IMG/VR virus record: IMGVR_UViG_3300037512_001384
Location: 6,442 to 70,441 of that record
Direction: 5' to 3' (one strand)
Length of the DNA: 64,000 nt
Source of the DNA: a virus
Each line of letters starts with the position of its first letter. Position 1 is the first letter of the stretch. Shown here in pieces: positions 8,223 to 18,308 of this stretch. The notes beneath the pieces were generated by a model. It searched no databases. It had not been told where the DNA came from and worked only from the letters and a program-made list of their open reading frames with translations. Position numbers and translations under genes: made by a program.

Positions 8223-8681
8223 ATGCACAAACACAACTATTTCGTATCGGTTTTTGTTCACGGTAGGCATGTCAACTCGTATTTCAGCGAGGATCTTGAT
8301 GACCTCGTAACCATAAAGGTTATGAATGGTCCGGACTGTGAGCTGTCGATATTCGACATTAGCCGGTTTGTGCTTCTTACAGCCGAGCAGGTGGAGATAG
8401 AGATAGTCAAATCCAGGAACAGATGGAAGAAATCCCTGGAGAAACATATCGAAGAACCTCCTGAAGAGCCGATTGAGGAGGAGGTGGAGGAGAAACCGAA
8501 GAAGAGCTATGTATGGAAACGACCTGTGTTGTGCGTTGAGACCGGACAGGTATTCAAGTCCATACGTGAATGCTCGGATAAGGTTGGTATCCCATATATG
8601 ACAATAACCAATTGTATCAAGAACAAGAACGCCACGAGAGGCGTTCATTTTATTCAACTTGAAGAAGACGAGACGGAGTGA
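8223..8681 (+). CDS. hypothetical protein with NUMOD-like C-terminal DNA-binding module
   Basis: C-terminus VWKRPVLCVETGQVFKSIRECSDKVGIPYMTITNCIKNKNATRGVHF resembles the NUMOD1-type DNA-binding tail of homing endonucleases; acidic middle region. Confidence 0.45.
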   Translation: MHKHNYFVSVFVHGRHVNSYFSEDLDDLVTIKVMNGPDCELSIFDISRFVLLTAEQVEIEIVKSRNRWKKSLEKHIEEPPEEPIEEEVEEKPKKSYVWKRPVLCVETGQVFKSIRECSDKVGIPYMTITNCIKNKNATRGVHFIQLEEDETE

Positions 8682-9118
8682 TGAGACAGAAAACGATAGT
8701 CTTTGCCGTCATAGCAATGACGTGTGCCGCATTCATAGTGCTGCTTGGCGAGGCATGGCCGTTGATCCCCTTCATCTTGGCCGTATGGTGCGCAGTCAGA
8801 TGCTTCAATATAGAGAACGACCATGAGCCCTTTGACCGGGTGATTGCCGCCATGAGTGAGGCGAGCGGATTGGATACAGACTCGCTTCTTAAGAACACCA
8901 ACAAAAGGGACATCGTGTCATGCCGTTATCTGCTGTTCCTCTTCCTGTATGACAAATGGGAGTGGACAACGGGGCAGATAGGTCGTGCGTTCGGACGCGA
9001 CCATTCGACCGTGACTTACGGCATCAAGAGAGCCCGCGACTTCCTGTCGTTGGCATCCTACAAGAAAGAACAAGACATCTATGCCAAATTCCTGGCACAG
9101 ATACACAATATGGAGTAA
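8678..9118 (+). CDS. membrane-anchored protein with DnaA C-terminal (domain IV)-like helix-turn-helix
   Basis: Two N-terminal hydrophobic segments. C-terminus RDIVSCRYLLFLFLYDKWEWTTGQIGRAFGRDHSTVTYGIKRARDF resembles the DnaA DNA-binding domain. Confidence 0.45.
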   Translation: MMRQKTIVFAVIAMTCAAFIVLLGEAWPLIPFILAVWCAVRCFNIENDHEPFDRVIAAMSEASGLDTDSLLKNTNKRDIVSCRYLLFLFLYDKWEWTTGQIGRAFGRDHSTVTYGIKRARDFLSLASYKKEQDIYAKFLAQIHNME

Positions 9119-9292
9119 GCTAACTGGCATTTCTTTTTTATTTGGTTTATCCGGTCCCGTATGCAGTGATGTATGCGCGGCGGGTCTGCAGACGATGTGG
9201 TGCGGAGGTTTCTGGATTCGTTAGTTACTTGGAAGTAAAGTCATCTGCAGCAAGCGGGGCGGTTTGACAGCCTCCCCGCTGACTATATGGTC

Positions 9293-9363
9293 GGTCGTAT
9301 GGCGTAATGGTAGCGCAACAGACTTTGGTTCTGTGTGTCCCGGTTCGATTCCAGGTACGACTA
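9293..9363 (+). tRNA. tRNA-Gln (anticodon TTG)
   Basis: Cloverleaf folded by hand: acceptor GGTCGTA/TACGACT (G-U closing), D-arm GCGT-AATGGTA-GCGC, anticodon arm ACAGA-CTTTGGT-TCTGT (U33, TTG, G37), T-arm CCCGG-TTCGATT-CCAGG (one C-A mismatch), discriminator A. Confidence 0.65.
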
Positions 9364-9498
9364 CAAATTATTTCAGGGGAAATAAAACCTGAATCGGGGA
9401 AATTTTATCGCCCCAAAATGTGAGAGAAAGGCAATATTGGGAAATCAAAGGAAAATTTCCCCTGTTTTTCAGGTCAAACGGAACAACAAGAAAACAAC

Positions 9499-9909
9499 AT
9501 GATAGATAACCCTTATGACAGCAGAGACCCGCGTTTCGAGCCTGATCCCATACCGGTAGGTTTTATGAAGACGGTCATAGTCACCTTAAGCAAGGAGGTT
9601 AAACTTGAAACCACCGCCTATGAGGACCACATTGATTGTGACGGTAAAGGTTACTGCACTGAGATTGTCGGCGAGACCGATTGGGAACAGGTGTTCAAGG
9701 ATGAGCACAGGACCATACCGCAGCTTCTTGAACTGCTTGAGAAAGAGTGTGAGCGTAAGAAACAGGCGTTGGAGAGATACTTCGGTGTCCTGGAGTGCCA
9801 GGGTGAGAAACCCACAAAGGAGCTGCTGGATAAGAAGAGATACTGGGAGAGTGTCATTGAGGACTGCCGTAACTGGAAGGTTGACGAGATAGACATTGAT
9901 GATATTTGA
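9499..9909 (+). CDS. hypothetical protein
   Basis: 136-aa ORF. Confidence 0.5.
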   Translation: MIDNPYDSRDPRFEPDPIPVGFMKTVIVTLSKEVKLETTAYEDHIDCDGKGYCTEIVGETDWEQVFKDEHRTIPQLLELLEKECERKKQALERYFGVLECQGEKPTKELLDKKRYWESVIEDCRNWKVDEIDIDDI

Positions 9910-9915
9910 TGACCT

Positions 9916-10176
9916 ATGGACGAGATTCAAAGAGAACAATTAAGAGCTGTTGAAATAGCCTTATGTTCCATTAACGGGTATGTAGCACGAGACAAAGACG
10001 GTTCACTCTGGTTTCATTACAAAGAACCCCATAAGGAGAATGACATTGAGGAAACATGGTGGGGAAGTAACGATAAAGCATTTGAGATATTTGACAGCGA
10101 CTTTCCTCAGTTCAAGGATTTGCGTTGGCCGCAAGAGCCGGTTAAGGTTCAATTAGCGATACAGTTGAGTCAATAG
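9916..10176 (+). CDS. hypothetical protein
   Basis: 86-aa ORF. Confidence 0.45.
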   Translation: MDEIQREQLRAVEIALCSINGYVARDKDGSLWFHYKEPHKENDIEETWWGSNDKAFEIFDSDFPQFKDLRWPQEPVKVQLAIQLSQ

Positions 10177-10178
10177 AT

Positions 10179-10403
10179 ATGGAACCAAAATACATAGATT
10201 TCGGGGTTGCACCTTATGCCCTGCCTGATGTCTGTGAGGCATTATACAACAACGGGATAACCAATGGATTCCTCACTGTCGAAGACGGCGATATTCATGT
10301 TAGATGGCAATATGACATCAACCGCAAATCCAAACATCACGCAAAAACAAACGTCGATGGCTGCAATGAACAATCAGAAAACAAAGGCAAGCAGGATTCC
10401 TGA
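10179..10403 (+). CDS. hypothetical protein
   Basis: 74-aa ORF. Confidence 0.35.
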   Translation: MEPKYIDFGVAPYALPDVCEALYNNGITNGFLTVEDGDIHVRWQYDINRKSKHHAKTNVDGCNEQSENKGKQDS

Positions 10404-10449
10404 GCTGAACGTAACCAATGAAGTTCCCCCCAAGACCGTCATCAAACAC

Positions 10450-10806
10450 ATGGCGCGTGAGAGGGGTAAACTTCTCGCCTATATCGATGAGCTTGAGGAA
10501 AAGCTCAAACGTAAGGACGAAGCCATTGCCGAGTTCAAGAAATGGCAAGCCAAGGTCGCAGATTACAAATGGCACTATTGGCTGAGCGAAGGCATCAAGC
10601 TCATGGAGGAACCGCCAGACAAGACCATGCTTAACGCGCTGAAGCATCTGTTGGGTTGTCACCGGATCTTCGACGAGTGGCAGAAAAAGGTGGTCAACGC
10701 ATGGGAGCAATACAAGAAAGCCAAGGAGAAGTTTAAGAACGCTCTGGAGGCTCAGAATAAAACTGAAAAGAAAGAAACATCACAAGATGGAAAAGATACC
10801 GTTTAA
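10450..10806 (+). CDS. hypothetical coiled-coil protein
   Basis: ORF MARERGKLLAYIDELEEKL...; start chosen downstream of the overlapping 10179-10403 ORF (track start 10264). Confidence 0.4.
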   Translation: MARERGKLLAYIDELEEKLKRKDEAIAEFKKWQAKVADYKWHYWLSEGIKLMEEPPDKTMLNALKHLLGCHRIFDEWQKKVVNAWEQYKKAKEKFKNALEAQNKTEKKETSQDGKDTV

Positions 10807-11374
10807 CCCCAAATTCAGACCGCAGATTGAGTCCGGCGAATACCGTGTCGAGACCCGTTGCGGCTATCCGGTGCAGATTGTCTGTTGGAATCTCCGAGAC
10901 ACCAAGCATGAGGATGATACTCATAAACGCACCATACTTGGTCTTATAGACTGTGGCGACGGAACATTCGGACATGAGGTATTCAACTCAGAAGGATTAT
11001 ACATGCCGATTGCACAATCCAATATGGATTTGTTTGTCGTGACGGAAAATGTGCAACTGACGAAGTTCGAGAGCCGCTTATGTGAGATTCTTGATTACGC
11101 AATGCGTCACCCTGAAGATTCTCCAAATGCGATAATCTCTGTTGTCAAGCAGAAACTTTCTCCTGAGCTGATGGATTTAGCCCGAAAGGAGATAAAGACA
11201 GACGGTCCGAAATGGAGGATGGCTAAAGCCGGTACACGATTCGATAGCGATGCTGTTATTGTCGGCATAGGTGACGATAAGGACCCAAGGCTTGTAAGAT
11301 GTGCCGTGAATGACTGTTGGTATATCTTGGTGAAGGACCTGGTAGAGAAACTTACAAGTGAATTATCATTATGA
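10787..11374 (+). CDS. hypothetical protein
   Basis: 195-aa ORF. Confidence 0.5.
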   Translation: MEKIPFNPKFRPQIESGEYRVETRCGYPVQIVCWNLRDTKHEDDTHKRTILGLIDCGDGTFGHEVFNSEGLYMPIAQSNMDLFVVTENVQLTKFESRLCEILDYAMRHPEDSPNAIISVVKQKLSPELMDLARKEIKTDGPKWRMAKAGTRFDSDAVIVGIGDDKDPRLVRCAVNDCWYILVKDLVEKLTSELSL

Positions 11375-11952
11375 AACCTAAAGTTAAATTCTTGGAAGTA
11401 GGACGATATGTCCGTTGGATGTCACCCGAAGGTTACATGATGGCGGGTAAGATACTGGATGCGCCGGGAACGAACCGACAGAACCAATCAGTCTATCCCA
11501 TAGAACTTCTCAACGGCACCAAAACTGCCGTCAACGCCGATAAGCTGGAGGTGATCCCCAACTCACGAAAGAATATGTCTGCATCCGGCAAGCTGGCGCT
11601 TAAGAAAGAAATAGAAAACATAAACAATATGAAGAAAGGAAACAACCCCAATCAGAACGGAGGTATAGACCAGACCGCGTTACTCAAGGCTCGTGAAGCA
11701 GAGATAAGCGACCTGAAAGATAATCTCTCTCGTGGCAAACAGGAGTATGCAGAACTGCAGGCGAAGTTCGACGAGCTATCCAAGATGCGTGAGGAAACGC
11801 CTGTTAAGATTGATGTCATCCGCTCAGTCACCGAAGAGTTAAAGCAGTTGGTAAACGACCTTCTGTCCGACGAACAAGGTGAGACTGTGGAAACGAAAGC
11901 TGTGGCTCGTGGTCTGCTTCCGACTATCTATAAACTTGTAACACTGTGCTGA
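11371..11952 (+). CDS. hypothetical protein (coiled-coil C-terminus)
   Basis: 193-aa ORF; ATGA overlap with the upstream gene. Confidence 0.5.
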   Translation: MKPKVKFLEVGRYVRWMSPEGYMMAGKILDAPGTNRQNQSVYPIELLNGTKTAVNADKLEVIPNSRKNMSASGKLALKKEIENINNMKKGNNPNQNGGIDQTALLKAREAEISDLKDNLSRGKQEYAELQAKFDELSKMREETPVKIDVIRSVTEELKQLVNDLLSDEQGETVETKAVARGLLPTIYKLVTLC

Positions 11953-11964
11953 CATTAAACAGCA

Positions 11965-12438
11965 TTGACTGCCATGTTTGACTTGGAGAAACTGAAAGAT
12001 AATAACTGCATCTTTTGGGTGTTCATGTGGCCGGAGATACGCAGGGTTGCTTATGAACACGGCTGGGCTGTTGCCTTGCACGGCTCAATAGTACATGACC
12101 TTGACCTTATGGCGATGCCCTGGGTTGAGGAGCATTCTTCTGCCGACGTCCTTGCAGAGAAACTGTCTGAGGTTATCGGTACGAAATATGATGCGCCGAA
12201 GCGTGTCGCCAAGGATGATGGCGGAAAACCCAATAACAGGGTTGTCTATACCATCATATCCGGTCAGACATGGATTGACCTCAATGTCATCAAGGAGGTT
12301 GAGCCGCATGAAATGACATGGCAGGACATCGAGAAGATAGTCAGCATTGCTGATGCACTTGTCCATGACAAGAAGTTTACCAACACCAAAGAAGGTTATT
12401 ATACTGAGATACTTGAACGATTCAAAAAAGAGAAATAA
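11965..12438 (+). CDS. hypothetical protein
   Basis: 157-aa ORF. Confidence 0.5.
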   Translation: MTAMFDLEKLKDNNCIFWVFMWPEIRRVAYEHGWAVALHGSIVHDLDLMAMPWVEEHSSADVLAEKLSEVIGTKYDAPKRVAKDDGGKPNNRVVYTIISGQTWIDLNVIKEVEPHEMTWQDIEKIVSIADALVHDKKFTNTKEGYYTEILERFKKEK

Positions 12439-12439
12439 C

Positions 12440-12895
12440 ATGTGTGATAATGTTATGTGCGGTGATAACCGCTTTCAGATCATAGCTGCCGCGAAGAAGG
12501 ATATGCTGGAGAAAACCAACATTGAAACCTCAGAGGACGAGATGAAGGTGTTGGACAACTTCCTATTCCGTTGTTGGCAGATGGGATGGCTTGAGAAGTA
12601 TAACAGCACCTCTCACGCTATCACGGAAGAAGTTCGTGATGCGGCGATAGACTTCTTCAAATATCAGCCTGAACCCAACCGTTCGCGGCTTATCGAACAG
12701 GCTATCCTTGGTGCCGAATGGAGGTACTTGAACAAAGATAAGCCCTATGAGGCTATGTACCGAGAGAAAGATATCAGATATCCGATACCCGAAGGTGGTC
12801 GCACCTACGCTGCGGCAATGGATTGCAGTGCCTTTGAGTATGGCGCAGGGCTTGCTTATGAGTTCATAAGACGTAAACACAAGGAGAAAGTATGA
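12440..12895 (+). CDS. hypothetical protein
   Basis: ORF MCDNVMCGDNRFQ... (first ATG after the upstream stop). Confidence 0.45.
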   Translation: MCDNVMCGDNRFQIIAAAKKDMLEKTNIETSEDEMKVLDNFLFRCWQMGWLEKYNSTSHAITEEVRDAAIDFFKYQPEPNRSRLIEQAILGAEWRYLNKDKPYEAMYREKDIRYPIPEGGRTYAAAMDCSAFEYGAGLAYEFIRRKHKEKV

Positions 12896-13029
12896 AAGTG
12901 TTGTTTATTATAATCATTGCCGTGGTGTTCCTCTTGCTTCTCAACAACATGGATGACCGGTTGCTGTACATAGAGAACTACCTGCGTCAGATCAAGGATT
13001 TGCTTCACGAAATCAAGAGCAAGTTATGA
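12892..13029 (+). CDS. small hydrophobic protein (45 aa)
   Basis: MKVLFIIIIAVVFLLLLNN...; ATGA overlap with the upstream gene; not in the ORF track (<60 aa). Confidence 0.3.
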   Translation: MKVLFIIIIAVVFLLLLNNMDDRLLYIENYLRQIKDLLHEIKSKL

Positions 13030-13204
13030 GAATCATTCAATCTACTATAATCATCGACGAGAAACTGCCGGACATCATGGTGCAGTTCAAAGCCGACAAT
13101 AATGTGACGGTCTGGGATGATTTGTCACGCGAGGAACAGATAGCCGCGCTTAACGCTATGGCTGGTACTTGTTCTCTGTTTTCAAAAAACATAAAGAAAC
13201 CATA

Positions 13205-13543
13205 ATGAAAATCAACTATAAGGAGATACCCCCAACCGTCCGAATCGGGGGGGCGAACATCGAGATTCGTCAGGTCGAGAGATGTTCGAGTAATAACCTC
13301 GGAGAATGCTGCATCGCAGGCAGCTACATCGAGATTGCCGAGAAATTCGACAAGTGTGACCAGCAGAGCCAAGATAGCAAGCGCAACACTTTCTATCACG
13401 AATTGACTCATGCTATTCTCGATACTATGGGTGAGACTACGCTGAGCAGGAACGAGAAGTTCGTATGCGGATTCTCCAGCTTCCTGTGCGAAGCTATGAC
13501 CCACGCACGCTTTCAGGTTATGGAAGAAGACAACCAAGAGTAA
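13205..13543 (+). CDS. small protein with HExxH motif (possible metallopeptidase-like)
   Basis: FYHELTHAIL motif; 112 aa. Confidence 0.4.
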   Translation: MKINYKEIPPTVRIGGANIEIRQVERCSSNNLGECCIAGSYIEIAEKFDKCDQQSQDSKRNTFYHELTHAILDTMGETTLSRNEKFVCGFSSFLCEAMTHARFQVMEEDNQE

Positions 13544-13554
13544 TCATCTGAACA

Positions 13555-14334
13555 ATGGGTACAAAAATAGAGTGGACCAACAAGGTATGGAATCCCGTAT
13601 CGGGCTGCACTAAGGTCAGTGAGGCTTGCCAGAACTGTTATGCTGAAGTGATGGCAAGACGTCTGAGCGGAATGCCTGGCAGCAAGGAGAAATACAAGGA
13701 TGGATTCAAGGTGACGATTCACCCGGAAAGCCTCTATGAGCCTTACAAGTGGAAGAAACCATGCATGGTCTTCGTTTGCTCTATGGGCGACCTGTTCCAT
13801 GATGATGTTCCTATCCAGTTCATTGACGAGGTGATGAACGTGATCAGCGAGAATCCGCAGCACACGTTCCAAATTCTCACCAAGCGGGCTGGAGCGATGT
13901 ATTCATATTTTCAACATGAGGATGTTCCGAAGAACGCATGGCTCGGTGTCACCTGCGAGAGTGCCAAACATTATGACAGGGTGAGTCTTCTCCGTGATAT
14001 TAACCGTGTGAGTCTTCTCACCGATTTCCATAGCAAGACTGTCAAGTTCCTGTCATGCGAGCCTCTGTTGGGTGACATGGCGGATATAAACCTTGACGGT
14101 ATTGATTGGGTGATTACAGGAGGCGAAAGCGGTTCGCGAGCCCGAAGGACACCGATTGAATGGTTTCGGAATCTTCGTGACAGGTGTGTCGAGACCGGCA
14201 CGCCTTTCTTTTTCAAGCAATGGGGTGCGTTCGGCCCGGATGGTATCAAACGCAGCAAATATCTGAACGGTTCTGTACTGGACGGTCAGCAGTGGAAACA
14301 GATGCCACTTATAAAGCAAGACGATAATGATTGA
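13555..14334 (+). CDS. phage Gp37/Gp68-family protein (DUF5131)
   Basis: IEWTNKVWNPVSGCTKVSEACQNCYAE, CSMGDLFHDDVP, QHTFQILTKR and FLSCEPLLGD blocks typical of this family; directly upstream of a C5-MTase. Confidence 0.65.
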   Translation: MGTKIEWTNKVWNPVSGCTKVSEACQNCYAEVMARRLSGMPGSKEKYKDGFKVTIHPESLYEPYKWKKPCMVFVCSMGDLFHDDVPIQFIDEVMNVISENPQHTFQILTKRAGAMYSYFQHEDVPKNAWLGVTCESAKHYDRVSLLRDINRVSLLTDFHSKTVKFLSCEPLLGDMADINLDGIDWVITGGESGSRARRTPIEWFRNLRDRCVETGTPFFFKQWGAFGPDGIKRSKYLNGSVLDGQQWKQMPLIKQDDND

Positions 14335-16063
14335 CGAATTAGACAAGCAACTGCAGTATATCAAGACTTGCCCTCACTATACGGTCTTTGCCATAGACCT
14401 TTTCTGTGGCGCGGGCGGTGAAACGACAGGTATTGAACTGGCTATGGTGGATGGTAAGAAATGCGCCAAGGTCATAGCCTGCGTCAACCATGATCCGAAC
14501 GCTATTGCATCTCATGCTGCGAATCACCAATCCGTTCTGCATTATATCGAAGATATACGTACCCTCAACTTAGGCGGATTGGAGCAGTTGACGGAAGCTG
14601 TCCGGACTTTTCATCCAGGTTCATATATCCTGTTGCACGCTTCACTTGAATGTACAAACTTCTCCAAGGCCAAGGGTGGTCAACCACGTGACGCAGACTC
14701 CCGAACTCTGGCTGAGCATCTATTCCGATACATTGAGGCTATCAGACCGGATTATATCCAGATAGAGAATGTGGAAGAGTTTATGTGCTGGGGAGAGCTC
14801 GACAAGAACGGCAAGCCTTTGAGTAAAGACCGGGGTAGCAGTTATGTTCGTTGGGTGAACAACGTCAAACATTATGGGTATGATTTTGACTACAGGTTGC
14901 TTAACGCAGCTGATTTTGGCGCATACACAAGCCGTAAGCGCTTTTTCGGTCTTTTCGCCCGTCATGGATTACCGCTTGTCTTCCCGCATCAGACCTATGC
15001 GAAGAACGGTGACGAAGGTGGGCTTTTCCATCAGTACCGGAAATGGAAACCTGTACGTGAGGTGTTAGACCTGCAGGATGAAGGGGAAAGCATCTTTGGT
15101 AGAAAGAAACCGTTATGTGAAGCTACATTGGAGCGCATCTATGCAGGATTGGTGAAGTTTGTGGCAGGAGGTAAGCAGAAATGTGACGCCTGGATCCTAA
15201 AGTACAACTCCATGAATAAAGATAGAAGCCATAATGCACCCTCTATCGACGAGCCCTGTCCTACTGTTGCTGTGCAAAACAGATTAGGTTTATGCAAGTG
15301 TAATTTCCTGAGTCTGTATTATGGTGGCGCAGAGCATAACCAATCTATTGAAGAGCCAGCGGGTACTGTGACAACCAAAGACCATCATGCTTTCCTTTCG
15401 GTTCATTATGGACACGGTTGTAATAGAGATATTGACAAGCCTTCACCTACTGTGACATGCCAGGACAGAATTGAGCTTATTTCAAGCCAGTTCTTTGCCA
15501 ATGAGTATAGTGGCGGAGGACAGCTTTCTGATATAGAGAAACCTTCACCCGCTATACTTACCAAACCGAAACAGCATTTAGTCACGGCTAAACGCTGGCT
15601 GGCGAATACCAACTTCAAGAATGTGGGTAGCAGCATAGATTCTCCAGCACCGGTAGTGACAGCCAACTATAAGTACCACTATCTGATGAATCCGCAGTTT
15701 GCATCTGCAGGAGGTTCCATAGACAAGCCCTGTTTCACATTGATAGCCCGGATGGACAAGATGCCTCCGTATCTGATAAGCACAGAGAGCGGAGAAGTCG
15801 GAATCGCTGTATATGATTCGGATTCATCAATGACGTGCAAGGTCAAAGAGTTCATGGCTGCATACGGTATAGTGGATATCAAGATGCGTATGCTGAATGT
15901 GGGTGAACTTAAACGTATCATGGGCTTCCCTGATGATTATGTGCTTATCGGCACTCAGGCAGAGCAGAAGAAATATATAGGCAATGCCGTGGAGGTAAAT
16001 ATGTCCCGTATGTTATGTGAAGCACTTGCTACTAAATTAAACCTCACAAGACAAGCAATATGA
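14327..16063 (+). CDS. DNA (cytosine-5) methyltransferase
   Basis: Motif I AIDLFCGAGG; ECTNFS (motif IV-like); QIENVEEF (ENV motif VI); long variable region; 578 aa. Confidence 0.8.
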   Translation: MIDELDKQLQYIKTCPHYTVFAIDLFCGAGGETTGIELAMVDGKKCAKVIACVNHDPNAIASHAANHQSVLHYIEDIRTLNLGGLEQLTEAVRTFHPGSYILLHASLECTNFSKAKGGQPRDADSRTLAEHLFRYIEAIRPDYIQIENVEEFMCWGELDKNGKPLSKDRGSSYVRWVNNVKHYGYDFDYRLLNAADFGAYTSRKRFFGLFARHGLPLVFPHQTYAKNGDEGGLFHQYRKWKPVREVLDLQDEGESIFGRKKPLCEATLERIYAGLVKFVAGGKQKCDAWILKYNSMNKDRSHNAPSIDEPCPTVAVQNRLGLCKCNFLSLYYGGAEHNQSIEEPAGTVTTKDHHAFLSVHYGHGCNRDIDKPSPTVTCQDRIELISSQFFANEYSGGGQLSDIEKPSPAILTKPKQHLVTAKRWLANTNFKNVGSSIDSPAPVVTANYKYHYLMNPQFASAGGSIDKPCFTLIARMDKMPPYLISTESGEVGIAVYDSDSSMTCKVKEFMAAYGIVDIKMRMLNVGELKRIMGFPDDYVLIGTQAEQKKYIGNAVEVNMSRMLCEALATKLNLTRQAI

Positions 16064-16392
16064 ATATTATTTGTATGACAGAGGAGTTCTGGGCGAACTC
16101 ACAATTCAGCGTAGCAAGATATTATGGACGTATAGGAATTGACGGGCATGATTTCTTGATTGTAAACAAGGAAGGTAAGGATGTGTTCCAGTGTTCCGCC
16201 GAAGCAGAAAAGGATGGTCGTGAACATGCCATTGAGCCGGGTGAACCTGCAGACCTTTGCCGTTCTGATTTCGTCAAGTATTACAAGGAACTCAAACGTG
16301 ACAGATTCCTTGAAGTGTTGCGCGAGAATCCCAATGCCAGCGATAAGGAGCTATTAGAAATATTCAAACAACTGACAGCAAAGAAGAAATGA
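16060..16392 (+). CDS. hypothetical protein
   Basis: 110-aa ORF. Confidence 0.5.
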   Translation: MNIICMTEEFWANSQFSVARYYGRIGIDGHDFLIVNKEGKDVFQCSAEAEKDGREHAIEPGEPADLCRSDFVKYYKELKRDRFLEVLRENPNASDKELLEIFKQLTAKKK

Positions 16393-16522
16393 AGTGCTAT
16401 TTCAACAACCGGACAGTGAATGATAGTGTTTGTTCTTCCTGTACGCTAAAGAATGAATGTGTTGCTTATAACACACGGCAGACAGAGCATGTCAGTTCCG
16501 GAACCCCAGTAAACGTTTATAT

Positions 16523-17125
16523 ATGAAACTTGCATCACATAATACCTTCAGCTATCTGCCGGTACGCAAATGGTGGATGAAGCCTTTCGCATGGATGGCA
16601 CGCTGCCAGAGAATAACCACATATCAGCAGTTTAGATGTGGCGCTCGCTTCTTTGACTTAAGGGTCAGATTTGACAAGAAGAGAGAGCGAATAATATGTC
16701 ATGGGCTTATTGAGTATATGGACAATGAAGATACTTTGTCCGTTGCTCTTTCGATTCTTGATCATAAGGGTAGCTGCGGGATGAGGGTGGTCCTCGAAAC
16801 GAACAAGAGTGATGAGTTTCAGGAAGGTTGTTTCCGCCAATACTGCAGACACCTTCAAAATGAGTTTCCTAACATCATCTTCTGTGGCGGTAACAATCGC
16901 ACTGATTGGGGTTGCAAGCATCCCATATACGATTTCGGCAATCCACTTCCGGATATTGAGCATAAGTATTCAAGTACAACGAGCCTCTTTCCGAACGGTC
17001 CCAAGTGGCTGAGGCGTATCGATGACCTCTGTCCTTGGTATTATGCCAAACATCACAACAAGGAGAATCTTGAGAAGGGGACGAGCCATGAGTTTCTGAT
17101 GATTGACTTTGTTGATATACAGTGA
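16523..17125 (+). CDS. hypothetical protein, PI-PLC X-domain-like phosphodiesterase signature
   Basis: SHNTFSY...RCGARFFDLRVRF...ICHG resembles the catalytic core of PLC-like phosphodiesterases. Confidence 0.4.
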   Translation: MKLASHNTFSYLPVRKWWMKPFAWMARCQRITTYQQFRCGARFFDLRVRFDKKRERIICHGLIEYMDNEDTLSVALSILDHKGSCGMRVVLETNKSDEFQEGCFRQYCRHLQNEFPNIIFCGGNNRTDWGCKHPIYDFGNPLPDIEHKYSSTTSLFPNGPKWLRRIDDLCPWYYAKHHNKENLEKGTSHEFLMIDFVDIQ

Positions 17126-17439
17126 TGAAGAAATTAGACGAGTTATGTATTGCCAACGCTGTGGTCGCTCATGGTACTATGGCGGGTCTTCCTGTATATG
17201 AGCCTCCATATTATTGGTGGATAACCGATATAGAAAGGCGCATGTGGGTGCGAGAAGAAATGCGCAGGTATGGCAATAAATTACTGCATTTGCAACTCAG
17301 TAAGTACAATAAGCGTTACACAAAAATAGCTAATGAGTTGTTTGTACACAGCAATATGGGTTTTGCCGATATTGGTAGAACCCTTGGCTATCAGGGTTCA
17401 CTCTGGATGGCAAACGAATTTAACAAACACACAATATGA
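17122..17439 (+). CDS. hypothetical protein
   Basis: 105-aa ORF. Confidence 0.45.
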   Translation: MMKKLDELCIANAVVAHGTMAGLPVYEPPYYWWITDIERRMWVREEMRRYGNKLLHLQLSKYNKRYTKIANELFVHSNMGFADIGRTLGYQGSLWMANEFNKHTI

Positions 17440-17675
17440 AACCAGTAGAGTTTGAGGGCGTAAATACGACATACGCAAAGAATCAACCAGAGTATCTTCC
17501 ATTACCGGCACAGAGGATTAACGACAATACAATCATCACATGCTGGGAGTTGACCGATGAAGAAATCAAAGTGCTTAAAAAGACCAAGAAGCTGTGGCTT
17601 GGTGTGATGACATTCAACAAACCCTTGCAGCCGCTTCTTCCATCAGTATCAAAACAAGACATTTTAGAAGCATGA
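17436..17675 (+). CDS. hypothetical protein
   Basis: 79-aa ORF. Confidence 0.45.
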   Translation: MKPVEFEGVNTTYAKNQPEYLPLPAQRINDNTIITCWELTDEEIKVLKKTKKLWLGVMTFNKPLQPLLPSVSKQDILEA

Positions 17676-18304
17676 ATAAGTTACAAAAATTCTTCAACTT
17701 TTTCAACCAGAAGGTACTTATATGTGACCTTGACGGCACACTGATAGAAACAAAGAGCGGTAAGACTTTTCCTGAGAATGAGGACGATTGGAAATTCAAG
17801 AAGAACATCAGGGAGGCCATCCAAGAGTATAATCCCAAGTACGTTTTCATCGTAACCAATCAAGGTGGTATCGAAAAGGGTTTCGTCGATGAAGGTAAAT
17901 TCGCAACTAAACTGAGGGTTATTAAGGATGAAATCCGGTCGTGGGGTGATTATATTGTCTATGCCACTTACTGCACCTCCAACGATAAGAACTGTAAGTA
18001 TCGCAAGCCCAACACCGGAATGATAGATTGGTTGCGTCACGATTATGTTGGCGGCAATGACTTCAACCCTCGTAATGCGCTCATGATCGGCGATGCAAGC
18101 GGTCTTATAGGTCAGTTCTCAGATACAGACTTACAGTGTGCTCGTAATGCCGGTATCAAATACATTGATGTTGCAGATTTCATTAGGGCTATGGTGCCTT
18201 GCAGCATGTGCGATTCATGCAGTCTGGGTAGGGACATACCCGTATCGCGTCCATGTGACTTTAGTAAGAGATTCAGGCTGAAGGCTAACCTTTTAAACAA
18301 GTGA
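17672..18304 (+). CDS. HAD-superfamily (subfamily IIIA-like) phosphatase, PNK 3'-phosphatase/GmhB-like
   Basis: Motif I ICDLDGTLI, CKYRKPNTGM (RKP motif) and IGDASG; start codon overlaps the upstream stop (ATGA). Confidence 0.6.
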   Translation: MNKLQKFFNFFNQKVLICDLDGTLIETKSGKTFPENEDDWKFKKNIREAIQEYNPKYVFIVTNQGGIEKGFVDEGKFATKLRVIKDEIRSWGDYIVYATYCTSNDKNCKYRKPNTGMIDWLRHDYVGGNDFNPRNALMIGDASGLIGQFSDTDLQCARNAGIKYIDVADFIRAMVPCSMCDSCSLGRDIPVSRPCDFSKRFRLKANLLNK

Positions 18305-18308
18305 AATA

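Noticed and set aside
13037-13537. 166-aa minus-strand ORF
   Set aside because: Antisense to the plus-strand small genes that are in operon context (12892-13543); no motif support.
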